Translations under genes and position numbers: made by a program
In this document: positions 7,818 to 17,274 of the stretch, in pieces
Position numbering within the stretch: position 1 is the stretch's first letter
Layout of the letters: each line of letters opens with the position of its first letter
Notes under the pieces: model-generated
What the model was told of the DNA's origin: nothing
Databases searched by the model: none
What the model saw: the letters and a program-made list of their open reading frames with translations, nothing else
Assembly (NCBI GenBank): GCA_046533775.1
Contig: JAWDOO010000002.1
Coordinates: forward strand, 71,127 to 103,126
Source of the DNA: Candidatus Nanopusillus sp.
GTDB lineage: Archaea; Nanobdellota; Nanobdellia; Nanobdellales; Nanobdellaceae
DNA: 32,000 nt
Direction: 5' to 3'

Positions 7818-8750
7818 TTATAAAATTTTTAATAATATTTCTAATCCTTTTTCAATATAATCTTCGTTTATTTTATCAATAGTATCTGCTTCTGAATGAT
7901 AGAATTTTATCCAATCATTAGTAGATTCCGATATCTGTATAGATTTTTCATATAAATATTCTGACATTATTGGAAATGCTTCTTTAATATAATCTTTTGT
8001 TAATGTTGGCTTTGAATGTCCAAACATATCATATACAATAATCTTTTTGCTTTTTTCTAATATTTCTTTATATTCATATTCAAAAACTCTATAACCATAT
8101 CCCCAATAATATGGTCTATCATATGATAATTCTTCACAACCTGAAAATACTATTAGATTTTCTTTAATATTTATTTTATTATTTATTATTCCATATAATA
8201 AAGTTGCTGTTCCTGAAGAATTATCCAAAGCCCCATTAAATATTGTATCAAAATGTGTAAAAATTATATTTTTTGGATTTTCTATATTTCCAACTAATAT
8301 ATTTTCATTTTTTATTAACTTTCTTTTTACATTAACATAGACCTTTATTTCTTCTGAATTTATAACCTTAATTAAATCTGATTTTTTTATATTTATTACT
8401 GGAAAATCATAGAAAATTACCCCAGAAAATGCATCATAATACTGATTATAATTTATATGAGGTATATTTATTTCTTGATTTATATTTTGACTTGAATATA
8501 TATTTTTCTCTTCAAAATATCCGGAAACAAAAGAATTTGGCTTTCCAATTATTTTTTCTCCATTATCTAAAATTATATATGATCCTTCATCAAAAGGTAT
8601 AGAAACATAAAAATATTGATCAAAAAAATCTATTCCAACTTTCTCTAAATTTTCTTTTATGTATTTAGATGTATTATTTAGAGATTCTTCATTATTCCTT
8701 GGAGAAAACTTTTCCAAATCTTTAATTATATCTATTATTTTATATTCCAT
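7818..8750 (-). CDS. M28-family metallopeptidase-like protein
   Basis: 310 aa with FTHFDTIFNGALDNSSGTATLL (the H.D...DNxSG zinc-ligand block) and FSGCEELSY (the EE block), typical of the M28 aminopeptidase fold. I saw no signal peptide. Confidence 0.6.
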   Translation of the reverse strand: MEYKIIDIIKDLEKFSPRNNEESLNNTSKYIKENLEKVGIDFFDQYFYVSIPFDEGSYIILDNGEKIIGKPNSFVSGYFEEKNIYSSQNINQEINIPHINYNQYYDAFSGVIFYDFPVINIKKSDLIKVINSEEIKVYVNVKRKLIKNENILVGNIENPKNIIFTHFDTIFNGALDNSSGTATLLYGIINNKINIKENLIVFSGCEELSYDRPYYWGYGYRVFEYEYKEILEKSKKIIVYDMFGHSKPTLTKDYIKEAFPIMSEYLYEKSIQISESTNDWIKFYHSEADTIDKINEDYIEKGLEILLKIL

Positions 8751-9789
8751 ATATATTTCTTATAGCATCTATAATCTTCTTAATTTCATCTTTACCTATA
8801 AATTCTACATAACTATCTTCACTAATTATTTTTCTCTCTATTAGTTTTTTCTCATCTACTTCTAATAGTAGTATATCATAACCTGTTCCCTCCTTTGCTT
8901 TTCTATAGAATTCTCTTATCTTTTGATCTACTGATGATTTTCCAGGATCTTCTTCTAGTAATATATATCCACTTCCAGAATATAATGCTAAGGCTATATA
9001 TGAGTTCATTTTCTCTTCTTTTTTATATTTTTCATTTTCTTCTTTATAAATATGACTTCCATCATATATTCTAAACCTTAATTCTTTTTCTTTATATTTG
9101 AAAGTTAATTCATATCCAGATATATCAAATTCATCTCTATTTACTAACTTTATTTTATCTTTAAATTTATCTATTTTATAATTATCAATTCCAAAAATAT
9201 ATCTAGATACTTCAACTATATAATATAATGTTGTTAATCCCCAAAAGTCTAATATATTTACTCTACCATCTTTTACTTTTCCTTCATTTATTAAATAATT
9301 CAGAGATACTTTCATATATTTTAATTGTGTTTCTTCTATCATTTTACTTATTTTATTAACATCTAAATATATATCGCCTATTCTACCATTATATTCTCTT
9401 AATTCTCTCATTGATTTAACTGCTGCTATAGGGTATTGCGATTTACTATATAATATTTGAGGTCTAACAAATATTCTCTTTTCAATATTACTCCAAGAAA
9501 ATTTATCATCTCCCCACTGTAGGATATCTAAAATTACATCTTTTACTTTATCTCCAAATTCATCCTTTATCTCTTTAGTATCTACTATCTTTTTAATATA
9601 TAATAATGCTAATATTGTTTCTATATTGTATGGTGCTATTTGCCTTGCAAACATAAACTTTAAATCCTTTTTCTTTCCGTCTTCACCTAATTTTTGTAAA
9701 ATCTCGTCTAAACTTATCTTCTCATATCCATAAAACTCCATTCCGTCCCCCCTCAGAATGGTACGAGTCCATGGTAATATAATTTTCAT
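8740..9789 (-). CDS. Hypothetical protein (349 aa; the start may be Met17 at 9741)
   Basis: Long ORF with no recognised motif that overlaps the peptidase gene by 11 bp. The first 16 codons cover an unusually GC-rich stretch (gaggggggacgg) lying just 5' of the second ATG. Confidence 0.6.
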   Translation of the reverse strand: MKIILPWTRTILRGDGMEFYGYEKISLDEILQKLGEDGKKKDLKFMFARQIAPYNIETILALLYIKKIVDTKEIKDEFGDKVKDVILDILQWGDDKFSWSNIEKRIFVRPQILYSKSQYPIAAVKSMRELREYNGRIGDIYLDVNKISKMIEETQLKYMKVSLNYLINEGKVKDGRVNILDFWGLTTLYYIVEVSRYIFGIDNYKIDKFKDKIKLVNRDEFDISGYELTFKYKEKELRFRIYDGSHIYKEENEKYKKEEKMNSYIALALYSGSGYILLEEDPGKSSVDQKIREFYRKAKEGTGYDILLLEVDEKKLIERKIISEDSYVEFIGKDEIKKIIDAIRNIYGI

Positions 9790-9808
9790 AAAAATTTTTA
9801 AAAATTTT

Positions 9809-9922
9809 GTCGGGCGGCTTCCGTGCTTTCCCGGCCATTGCCAGTACTCACACGGACGTGGGCCGGCTTAACTTCCGTGTTCGAAATGGGTACGGGTGTT
9901 TCCCGGCCACTTTGGCCGCCCT
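9809..9922 (-). rRNA. rrf: 5S ribosomal RNA
   Basis: GC-rich island in AT-rich DNA. The reverse strand reads AGGGCGGCCAAAGUGGCCGGGAAACACCCGUACCCAUUUCGAACACGGAAGUUAAGCC...GAGUACUGG...GCCGCCCGAC. It has the conserved CGAACACGGAAGUUAAGC and AGUACUGG blocks, and helix I pairs GGGCGGC with GCCGCCC. Confidence 0.9.
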
Positions 9923-9948
9923 AAAATTATCTTTAAAATAAATGTTTT

Positions 9949-10266
9949 TTAAACCTTTCTTATTATAAACCTCTTTACTCTATTACAATATAAACATTTA
10001 TATATAATTCTACCCTTTCTTATCCTTATTTGTAATGTTTTTCCAACGATCCATGGGGTATAACATTTTTTACAAAATTTATTCCTCAATTCTTTGGGTA
10101 ATTTTATTCTTGCCTTATTTTTTATCTTCCATAATATAAATATATATCTCCTAGCTAGATCAATGTTATCTATATTTTCTATAGCTAATTTATACAATTC
10201 AAAAATTCTTCTTTTTGCTATATTTTTATAGGTTGTATTGTATTTCCTTTTCTTCATTCTTATCAA
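9949..10266 (-). CDS. rnp4: RNase P protein component 4 (Rpp21/Rpr2 family)
   Basis: 105 aa. A basic N-terminal helical region (ARRYIFILWKIKNKARIKLPKELRNKF) is followed by the zinc ribbon CKKC...(17)...CLYC. Confidence 0.7.
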   Translation of the reverse strand: MIRMKKRKYNTTYKNIAKRRIFELYKLAIENIDNIDLARRYIFILWKIKNKARIKLPKELRNKFCKKCYTPWIVGKTLQIRIRKGRIIYKCLYCNRVKRFIIRKV

Positions 10267-10576
10267 GATTTTTTACATAAAATATAATATTATCTCCCAA
10301 ATGATGATTTATCTTTGGTATTAAAACTTCAATAGTTTCTTTCCTATATTTATCTATAGATATTATTATTGGAGAAATTAAATTATAACGCATTCTAAAT
10401 TTTAATGCTTCATATTGATCTTCTATATTTATATATTTAGTTCCTATTTCAAATCTTCTAACATAGGGAGAATGATTTTTAATTATAATTAAAACCTTCT
10501 TTTCATAAATTATATTATTTACATCAAAAGATGTTTTTATTTCTACATTCCATACATCTTTTAATTCTTCGCTCAT
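10226..10576 (-). CDS. Hypothetical protein (116 aa)
   Basis: ORF in an operon-like run between pth2 and rnp4, overlapping both neighbours. I recognise no motif. Confidence 0.5.
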   Translation of the reverse strand: MSEELKDVWNVEIKTSFDVNNIIYEKKVLIIIKNHSPYVRRFEIGTKYINIEDQYEALKFRMRYNLISPIIISIDKYRKETIEVLIPKINHHLGDNIIFYVKNLDKNEEKEIQYNL

Positions 10577-10926
10577 AATAGTTTTAATGAACCAGTTACT
10601 TTATTAATCTTTTCTTCAATATCTGGGCCAATACCTATACAAGTAATGGTCCCTGGCTCTAACTGTGTTAATCCGGCATCTTTTATTAAAACAGTATTTA
10701 AATTTAATGATATAGATTGATTATATATACTCATTAATTCATCTAAACTTTTTACATATAAAACAATTTTCTTTGCACCTTCTTCTCTCCATTTTTTTAC
10801 TATATCTTTATCCTTTTCTAATTGATTTAAAACAGCTTCAACGGCAGCATGAGCTACTTGAGCACATAATTTTCCCTTTCCAATATCTAAATCCTTTCTT
10901 ACTACAATTACTAATTTATATACCAT
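10573..10926 (-). CDS. pth2: Peptidyl-tRNA hydrolase, archaeal type (Pth2)
   Basis: 117 aa with KLVIVVRKDLDIGKGKLCAQVAHAAVEA ... IKDAGLTQLEPGTITCIGIGP, a full-length Pth2 pattern. Confidence 0.9.
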   Translation of the reverse strand: MVYKLVIVVRKDLDIGKGKLCAQVAHAAVEAVLNQLEKDKDIVKKWREEGAKKIVLYVKSLDELMSIYNQSISLNLNTVLIKDAGLTQLEPGTITCIGIGPDIEEKINKVTGSLKLL

Positions 10927-11278
10927 CCAATTCCTTTAATTTTTCCAATAATAATTTATATCTATAATTATCTATCTTTTCATTTATATATTCTTCATTT
11001 AATTTTTTGCTTATTTCACTTATCTTTTTATTTATCTCATCTAATAAATTATATATATTTTTTATATCATTTGAAATATTATTATACTTATCTTCTAACA
11101 AATTTAATCTATCTTCTATTTTCTTATTTTCTACTTTACTATTTTCAATTTCAGATTTTAATTTATCTATATCTTCTTTTATACTATCCAAATATTTTTT
11201 AAAACCAAATAGAACTTCATTATATTTTTCAAATTCTAGTAAATTGTTAATTATTTTATCATAATCTATATCACTCAT
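10916..11278 (-). CDS. Coiled-coil hypothetical protein (120 aa)
   Basis: Heptad-rich K/E/N/I sequence throughout. It is first in the minus-strand run ending at rnp4. No beta-hairpin of the prefoldin type was seen. Confidence 0.5.
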   Translation of the reverse strand: MSDIDYDKIINNLLEFEKYNEVLFGFKKYLDSIKEDIDKLKSEIENSKVENKKIEDRLNLLEDKYNNISNDIKNIYNLLDEINKKISEISKKLNEEYINEKIDNYRYKLLLEKLKELDGI

Positions 11279-11300
11279 ATAATTTAATATTTTTTAAGTA

Positions 11301-11834
11301 TTGATAAAAATTATGATAATTAGACTCCATCAAGCATTATCATCATTTATAACCTATATTATATTTTTCTATATATTTAATTTTGACAAGTTATCTTCAA
11401 TAATTATATCAATAATTGTTGGACTTATTTGTGTAATACCTGATTATGATTTTAAAATTTATAACTGGGCAAATAAACAATATAAAAATATAAATAAATC
11501 AAAAATTTTAAAATATCTATTATATCCATACTATCTATTTATTTTATTTTTATTAAAATTATTTAAACATAGAGGATTTACTCATTCAATATTCCCAGTA
11601 ATAATATTTTTCCTTTTAGGATTATTTATAATGAAAATATTTTATTTATTTTCTTTAGCATTTTTATTACATATTATTGAAGATTCATTAACAGTTTCTG
11701 GAATTACTCCATTATATCCATTATCAAACTATAAATTTGTTATACCAATTTTAAATAATAGAAAAAATAGAAAATTACAAGAATATCTATCTTATATAAT
11801 TTATATTATGTTTTTTGCAATAATTTTGTTATGA
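11301..11834 (+). CDS. Membrane-bound metal-dependent hydrolase, YdjM/DUF457-like
   Basis: Multi-TM protein with the HRGFTHS motif and a later HIIEDS motif characteristic of the YdjM family. The track start at 11301 is TTG; the first ATG is at 11313. Confidence 0.6.
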   Translation: MIKIMIIRLHQALSSFITYIIFFYIFNFDKLSSIIISIIVGLICVIPDYDFKIYNWANKQYKNINKSKILKYLLYPYYLFILFLLKLFKHRGFTHSIFPVIIFFLLGLFIMKIFYLFSLAFLLHIIEDSLTVSGITPLYPLSNYKFVIPILNNRKNRKLQEYLSYIIYIMFFAIILL

Positions 11835-12361
11835 GGATATTTATAGCAATAGATTTACCAGAAAGAATAAAAGATGAAATAGAGAAAATTAGAAAAGGTT
11901 TAAGGGGTATATATGGAAAACCTGTTGAAAAAGAAAATTTTCATATAACATTAAAATTCATTGGAGATGTTCAACCAAATATATTTGAAAAAATAAAGGA
12001 AGAATTAAATAATGTAAAATATAATAAATTTAGTATAAAAATTGGTAATATTGGAACTTTTGGAGATAGAGTAGTTTGGATAGGTGTATATGAGGGATAT
12101 GAAAATATAATTAATTTACATAATTTAATAGATGAACAATTATATAAAATAAAAATTGATAAAGATTATAATTTTTCCCCACATATTACATTATATAGAA
12201 TAAAAGAAATATTAAATAAAAAAGAATTTAAAGAATCAATTGAAAAATTATCTAAATATATATCTGATGATATTTTAATAGATAGATTTTATATAAAACA
12301 AAGTATATTAAGACCTGAAGGTCCATTATATATAAATATGGCAGAATACAAATTATTATAA
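11831..12361 (+). CDS. thpR: RNA 2',3'-cyclic phosphodiesterase / 2'-5' RNA ligase (2H phosphoesterase, LigT/ThpR)
   Basis: 176 aa with two HxT motifs at the right spacing (FHITLKF and PHITLYR) and an N-terminal RIFIAIDLP. Confidence 0.85.
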   Translation: MRIFIAIDLPERIKDEIEKIRKGLRGIYGKPVEKENFHITLKFIGDVQPNIFEKIKEELNNVKYNKFSIKIGNIGTFGDRVVWIGVYEGYENIINLHNLIDEQLYKIKIDKDYNFSPHITLYRIKEILNKKEFKESIEKLSKYISDDILIDRFYIKQSILRPEGPLYINMAEYKLL

Positions 12362-12386
12362 ATATTATTGATAATCTATTTTTATA

Positions 12387-12584
12387 ATGGCTTCAAACTT
12401 ATTACCAGAAATTAAAGCAAGGAAATTTGATAGGATATTTATATGCAGAAAATGTGGAGCTAGGATTAGAGCAAATCCTGATAAAGTAAGGGCTGGTCTT
12501 GTTAGATGCAGAAAATGCAAATCAACAGCACTAAGACCAAAGAAATCAGAAATTACATTAGTAGCAGGAAAAACTACTAAATAA
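12387..12584 (+). CDS. rpl40e: 50S ribosomal protein L40e
   Basis: 65 aa with ICRKCGARIRANPDKVRAGLVRCRKCKSTALRPKK, a zinc-ribbon L40e pattern. Confidence 0.85.
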   Translation: MASNLLPEIKARKFDRIFICRKCGARIRANPDKVRAGLVRCRKCKSTALRPKKSEITLVAGKTTK

Positions 12585-13688
12585 ATGAGTTATAATTTAT
12601 ATATATCAAATAGTAGTGCTCTTAGCATATTAATAACTTTTTTAGTTATTAATATAATATTTATATTTTTAAAAATTTTTAAAAAAGAAAACACAGATTA
12701 TAAATTTATTTATGGAATGTTCAGGACAAAAAAATTAATAGAAATAATGAAAAAAATCTCTAATACAAAATTTTCAAAATTTTTATCAATATCATCATTA
12801 ATTTTGGGTCCTATATTAATAACTTTAGCAGTTTTCTTCTTATTTTTTGGAATTTTAACAAAAACCCCAACATATGCCCCAGCATTGCCTGGTATATCAT
12901 ATGGTCCTATAACATTGCCTGTAATACAAACAATAATTTCAATCTTTATAGCAGCTTTTATACATGAATTTGCTCATGGTATTTTAGTATATAAAAATAA
13001 TCTAGATTTAAAATCTTGGGGATTCTTTTATTTAGGACCTTTAATAGGTGCCTTTGTAGAACCAGATGAGAAAGAAATTGAAAAATTAAATAAAAAAGAA
13101 CAAATAAAGATATATAGCGCTGGTGCTGCTATAAATATAATTGCTGGATTAATTTTTTTATTTTTATTTTTATTTTCTTTATATATAATTTCTATATTTA
13201 ATCTAGTAACACCATATGTAAAAATATTATACACCCTACCAAATACATATGCATATAATGTTATCCCAAATAATACAATTTTATATTCTATTAATGGAAA
13301 TCAAATATTATACTTAAATCAAATTGAAGGGATTTTAAATAATACCAAACCTGGAGAATATATTTTATTAAATACAAGTGCTGGATTATTTAATATTGAA
13401 CTAACTAATAAAGATGGCAAACCATTTATAGGAATTGTAGTTGAACAAGAATATAATTATAAAATTCCTGGAATTGATTTTATTGAATCATTATTATTCT
13501 GGTTATTTGTAATAAATGTTGGACTTGGTATAGGTAATATGATACCAATATATCCTTTAGATGGGGGTAAAACTATGAAATCTATATTGGAAATATTTTT
13601 AGATAAAAAAGAGTCCAGAATAATTTCTTTATCTTTATCAATAATATTATTAGCCCTAATATTATATAATATATCGTTTATTCTCTAG
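12585..13688 (+). CDS. Site-2 protease family (M50) membrane metalloprotease with an inserted PDZ-like region
   Basis: HEFAHG (HExxH) in a TM helix, NMIPIYPLDGG (NxxPxxxLDG) in a later TM, and a soluble segment between them. Confidence 0.85.
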   Translation: MSYNLYISNSSALSILITFLVINIIFIFLKIFKKENTDYKFIYGMFRTKKLIEIMKKISNTKFSKFLSISSLILGPILITLAVFFLFFGILTKTPTYAPALPGISYGPITLPVIQTIISIFIAAFIHEFAHGILVYKNNLDLKSWGFFYLGPLIGAFVEPDEKEIEKLNKKEQIKIYSAGAAINIIAGLIFLFLFLFSLYIISIFNLVTPYVKILYTLPNTYAYNVIPNNTILYSINGNQILYLNQIEGILNNTKPGEYILLNTSAGLFNIELTNKDGKPFIGIVVEQEYNYKIPGIDFIESLLFWLFVINVGLGIGNMIPIYPLDGGKTMKSILEIFLDKKESRIISLSLSIILLALILYNISFIL

Positions 13689-14250
13689 AAACTTTTCTCA
13701 TAAATATTTTATCTGTTAATAAATTATATATATCTCCAACATAATCTACTTTTCTTCTTATATCATAATTTTTAAATTCCATATACAACATATTTTTATA
13801 TATTTCATATATAATTTCCCTAGCTTTTTCTGCAAACTCTAAATTATTCTTTAACATTTCTTCTATTGATTTTCTATATAATTCTCCAACAAAATCCATC
13901 AATCCCATAACATATGAATACTCATCAACATTTAATTCATCATTCTTTGGTATTCTATTATTTAATATAAAATTATAGAATATTTTTGCTTCCGCATATT
14001 CCTGATAATTTATTAAAGCATTATTATATAATCTTGGTTCTTCTCTCACAATTTTATCTATTTCTTCTTTATATTTATCCATTTCAACCATGTATTCATT
14101 TGCAGATTTTATATCACCTCTTATTACTGAATATATTATTGATTTTGATGTTCTATTTAATTTTACTCCCAATTCAACTATTTTATCTTTTTTATTTTCA
14201 AATTCTTTAAATTTTTCTTTTAGATTTTCTATATATTCCTTTTCTATCAT
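13678..14250 (-). CDS. Translin-family protein (predicted nucleic-acid binding)
   Basis: 190 aa, all helical. The YSYVMGLMDFVGELYRKSIE block resembles the translin GL.D..GEL.R core, and the length and architecture match archaeal translin-like proteins. Confidence 0.55.
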   Translation of the reverse strand: MIEKEYIENLKEKFKEFENKKDKIVELGVKLNRTSKSIIYSVIRGDIKSANEYMVEMDKYKEEIDKIVREEPRLYNNALINYQEYAEAKIFYNFILNNRIPKNDELNVDEYSYVMGLMDFVGELYRKSIEEMLKNNLEFAEKAREIIYEIYKNMLYMEFKNYDIRRKVDYVGDIYNLLTDKIFMRKVSRE

Positions 14251-14254
14251 TCTT

Positions 14255-15376
14255 TTATTTTGAAAATAAATGTTTTATATACATTGTAGCAAAGGAACCC
14301 TTATCTAAGATAAAAGAAATTATAATAGTATTATTATTTATATTATATTCTAGATTTTTTATTTCTGAAAGAATATTTCTTTCTGTTGATAATAATGTTA
14401 AAGATGGCTTATCTTCAAATTTTAATTCTTCATAATTTATTCCTTCTTCTTTTAATATATCTCTATATATATTATTATCTTTTATATCATATCCAACCAA
14501 TGGGAATTTTATATCTTTTAATTTTTCAATTTCTTTTTTATCCTTAATTATATAAAATTTCCCAATTTTTGTTTCTATAAAATATTCTTCTCCATAATTA
14601 TTTTTTATATAATTAGATAATAATTTATTCCATAAATATGATTGATATGAGTGAACAAACATCTTTAATAATCTCTTTGGTATATATTTTAATGCTCTTT
14701 TATAATTTTCTTCTCTTGATAAATAATTTAATAATGATCTTTCAATATCTAAATAATTTGGAAATATTTTTAATGCCTCCCTAAATTTACCCCAATTTTC
14801 ATATAAGAATTTTCTTGCCCTTATTGCATCTTTATTTTTTTCATTTTCATAATCCGTTAAAAATAATTTTATTGCATTCTCATAATCTCTCTTAATTATA
14901 TATTTCCCAATTATATAATTATTTCCTCTATTTCCAAATCTTTGATCATCAAAATAATTAAAATAATATCTATCAAATATTTCTATATTTTTATTAAATA
15001 TGTTAATTTCTTCATTGCTCAATTCTCTTATAGTTATTCTAAAATAGTTATATTTTATATCAGAAATCTTTAATGGTTCATCATAAGATCCAACATATTT
15101 TAAATATATATTCCCAAAATTATATTCATCTTTAAACTCATTAAAATTTCTTATTGCAATATATTGCTCTGATAATGTATTTTTATCTTTTTCTCCTGCA
15201 AAATATATTTTTCTTTTTGAAATATGTAACTTTCTTGCAATTATTTTAATTGCATTTATTGTATTTATATTTCTTTTCCTCATTAAAAAATATCTAAATG
15301 TTTCTCCCTCTTTCTTTTTATCTAAATCAATTATTTCTTTAACAATAAAATCTTCTGGTTTTTCTTTTATTTTCAT
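14255..15376 (-). CDS. truD: tRNA pseudouridine synthase TruD/Pus7 family
   Basis: N-terminal KPEDFIVKEI, FAGEKDKNTLSEQYIAI (catalytic Asp block) and NYFDDQRFG. Confidence 0.85.
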   Translation of the reverse strand: MKIKEKPEDFIVKEIIDLDKKKEGETFRYFLMRKRNINTINAIKIIARKLHISKRKIYFAGEKDKNTLSEQYIAIRNFNEFKDEYNFGNIYLKYVGSYDEPLKISDIKYNYFRITIRELSNEEINIFNKNIEIFDRYYFNYFDDQRFGNRGNNYIIGKYIIKRDYENAIKLFLTDYENEKNKDAIRARKFLYENWGKFREALKIFPNYLDIERSLLNYLSREENYKRALKYIPKRLLKMFVHSYQSYLWNKLLSNYIKNNYGEEYFIETKIGKFYIIKDKKEIEKLKDIKFPLVGYDIKDNNIYRDILKEEGINYEELKFEDKPSLTLLSTERNILSEIKNLEYNINNNTIIISFILDKGSFATMYIKHLFSK

Positions 15377-16528
15377 TTATATTCTAAATTCCCATTCCCA
15401 CATTTCCTTTGCTAACTTTCCATCATACATAAACTTATCAATATTAATATTCTTTTTTCTTTCTTGTATATTACTTAAAAATTCCCATATTTTTTTAGCA
15501 GTATATTCTTTCAATTCTCCTGTTGTTAATTCTCCCATTATATATTTCTCTCTTATTTCTTTTAATTTATAGTCATCTTCTTCAAATAATACGGATAACC
15601 AGAAATATGAAACATCAATATCTGGATTTCCTCCATATTTTCTATGTTCTTCTAATGTACTTCTACCACCAGAAAATGCATATTTAAATATTTTATATTT
15701 TATCGTATCATAATCGTCATCAATAAATATAGCAGATTTTGGATCTGAAGCACTCATTTTTGTATATGGACCCTGCAATCCCCATACAAATTTTGATAAA
15801 ATTGTAGAAGCTTTATAATATCCAAATTTTTCTGCAATATCTCTTTGTAATCTAAAATATGGATCTTGATCAATTCCACAAGGAATTAAAGGGATATTTC
15901 TTTCAAAGAATGTTGGAACAATTTGCAATGCAATATAAAATGGTAAACCAATTGTTGAATTATCATCAAATCCAAAAACAGATTTTGCAGTATTTAGATT
16001 TATTTCTCTTGCAATATAAATTGCAGCTTTATACATGTTTTTTATATATTCAGAATCTATAAATATGAATGTTTTATCCGGATCAAATCCAAGAGAAGCT
16101 ATTGTTTTTGCATCTTCCAATGCATATTCTCTTATTTCTTCATAATTATCTGCCTTTTTTTCCCAATATTTTTCTTCATCTGGTATTTGTATATATACAT
16201 TTACATTAAACTTTTCTTGAAACCATTTAGTTAGTAAAAATGGAATTAGATGACCAATATGCATTTTACTTTTAGAAGGTGCTCTTCCAGTATATAAGAA
16301 AAATCTTTTTCCTTCATTATATTTATTTAATAATATATCAAAATCTCTATGTGCATAGAAAAATTTTCTCCTTAACAAAACATGTAAATCTCCTGTTATA
16401 TATTTTAAATTATTTAATATAACATCATCAATTTCTTTTACACCAAAGAATTTTATTAATTTTTCATAATCTTTTTCTTCCTTTACATTTGCATCATATA
16501 TATTTATAATATCTTTATATTCATTCAT
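15377..16528 (-). CDS. trpS: Tryptophanyl-tRNA synthetase (archaeal/eukaryal type)
   Basis: 383 aa with YTGRAPSKSKMHIGHLIPF (HIGH), QIPDEEKYW and KMSASDP (KMSKS variant). Confidence 0.85.
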   Translation of the reverse strand: MNEYKDIINIYDANVKEEKDYEKLIKFFGVKEIDDVILNNLKYITGDLHVLLRRKFFYAHRDFDILLNKYNEGKRFFLYTGRAPSKSKMHIGHLIPFLLTKWFQEKFNVNVYIQIPDEEKYWEKKADNYEEIREYALEDAKTIASLGFDPDKTFIFIDSEYIKNMYKAAIYIAREINLNTAKSVFGFDDNSTIGLPFYIALQIVPTFFERNIPLIPCGIDQDPYFRLQRDIAEKFGYYKASTILSKFVWGLQGPYTKMSASDPKSAIFIDDDYDTIKYKIFKYAFSGGRSTLEEHRKYGGNPDIDVSYFWLSVLFEEDDYKLKEIREKYIMGELTTGELKEYTAKKIWEFLSNIQERKKNINIDKFMYDGKLAKEMWEWEFRI

Positions 16529-16560
16529 TTATCAAATATCAAAATTAATTATATAAATAT

Positions 16561-16644
16561 GCCGCGGTGCCCGAGCGGACAAAGGGGTATGGCTCGAGAC
16601 CATATCCCCGAAAGGGGGCGTGGGTTCAAATCCCACCCGCGGCG
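16561..16644 (+). tRNA. tRNA-Ser (anticodon CGA), type II with long variable arm, no encoded CCA, no intron
   Basis: Hand-folded: acceptor GCCGCGG/CCGCGGC, anticodon stem UAUGG/CCAUA with loop CUCGAGA, variable stem CCCC-GAAA-GGGG, and T arm GUGGG-UUCAAAU-CCCAC. Confidence 0.9.
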
Positions 16645-16674
16645 TTTATAAAAATTTAAATTCAAAAATATGAA

Positions 16675-17274
16675 ATGAATGAAAATTTATTAGAATTCTT
16701 AAATAGTTTAAATATTTATTCAAAGATTACATATATATCAAGTATTTTGGGTTTTTCATCATATTTATTATTTATAATTCTCTCTTTTTTCTCTACATAT
16801 AATACTACTATGAGTCCATTTACATTAATATTTAGTCCATCTCTATCCTTATCCATATTATATATTTTCCTTAATTTAATTAATCTAGGGACAATTTTAA
16901 TTATATTAATTATTATTTCTATTATTTCATATTTTATATCTATAGAATACTTAAAGAAGATATTTAGGATAATTGAAAAAATAATAAATAAAGAATATTA
17001 TCCAAATAATTTGTTTTCAATGATATATATAGGAATACTAATATCTATTTTTATTACATATCCTGGTTTAATAATTATTGGTATATCAAATTATTTAATA
17101 TTAAAGAAATTATATAATGTTGTTGTTCATTTAAATAATCAAAATATAAATAAATATTTTAAAATATCTATAATGGGGTCTATATTTCCATTATTATTAA
17201 TATTATCATTTATTGGATTTTATTATATTAATAGAGAATTAAGTAAATATAATTTAAATAGTAATTCTTTTTAA
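16675..17274 (+). CDS. Hypothetical multi-pass membrane protein (199 aa)
   Basis: Several 20-aa hydrophobic segments and no recognisable motif. Confidence 0.5.
   Translation: MNENLLEFLNSLNIYSKITYISSILGFSSYLLFIILSFFSTYNTTMSPFTLIFSPSLSLSILYIFLNLINLGTILIILIIISIISYFISIEYLKKIFRIIEKIINKEYYPNNLFSMIYIGILISIFITYPGLIIIGISNYLILKKLYNVVVHLNNQNINKYFKISIMGSIFPLLLILSFIGFYYINRELSKYNLNSNSF

Noticed and set aside
16529-16560. TATA-like boxes (ttatataaat; ttttatatttta at 24510-24521) abutting both tRNA genes, considered as evidence for leaderless tRNA transcription
   Set aside because: They lie only ~3-12 nt from tRNA position 1, too close for the archaeal ~26-nt TATA-to-start spacing. In ~75% AT sequence such boxes are not informative without transcript mapping.
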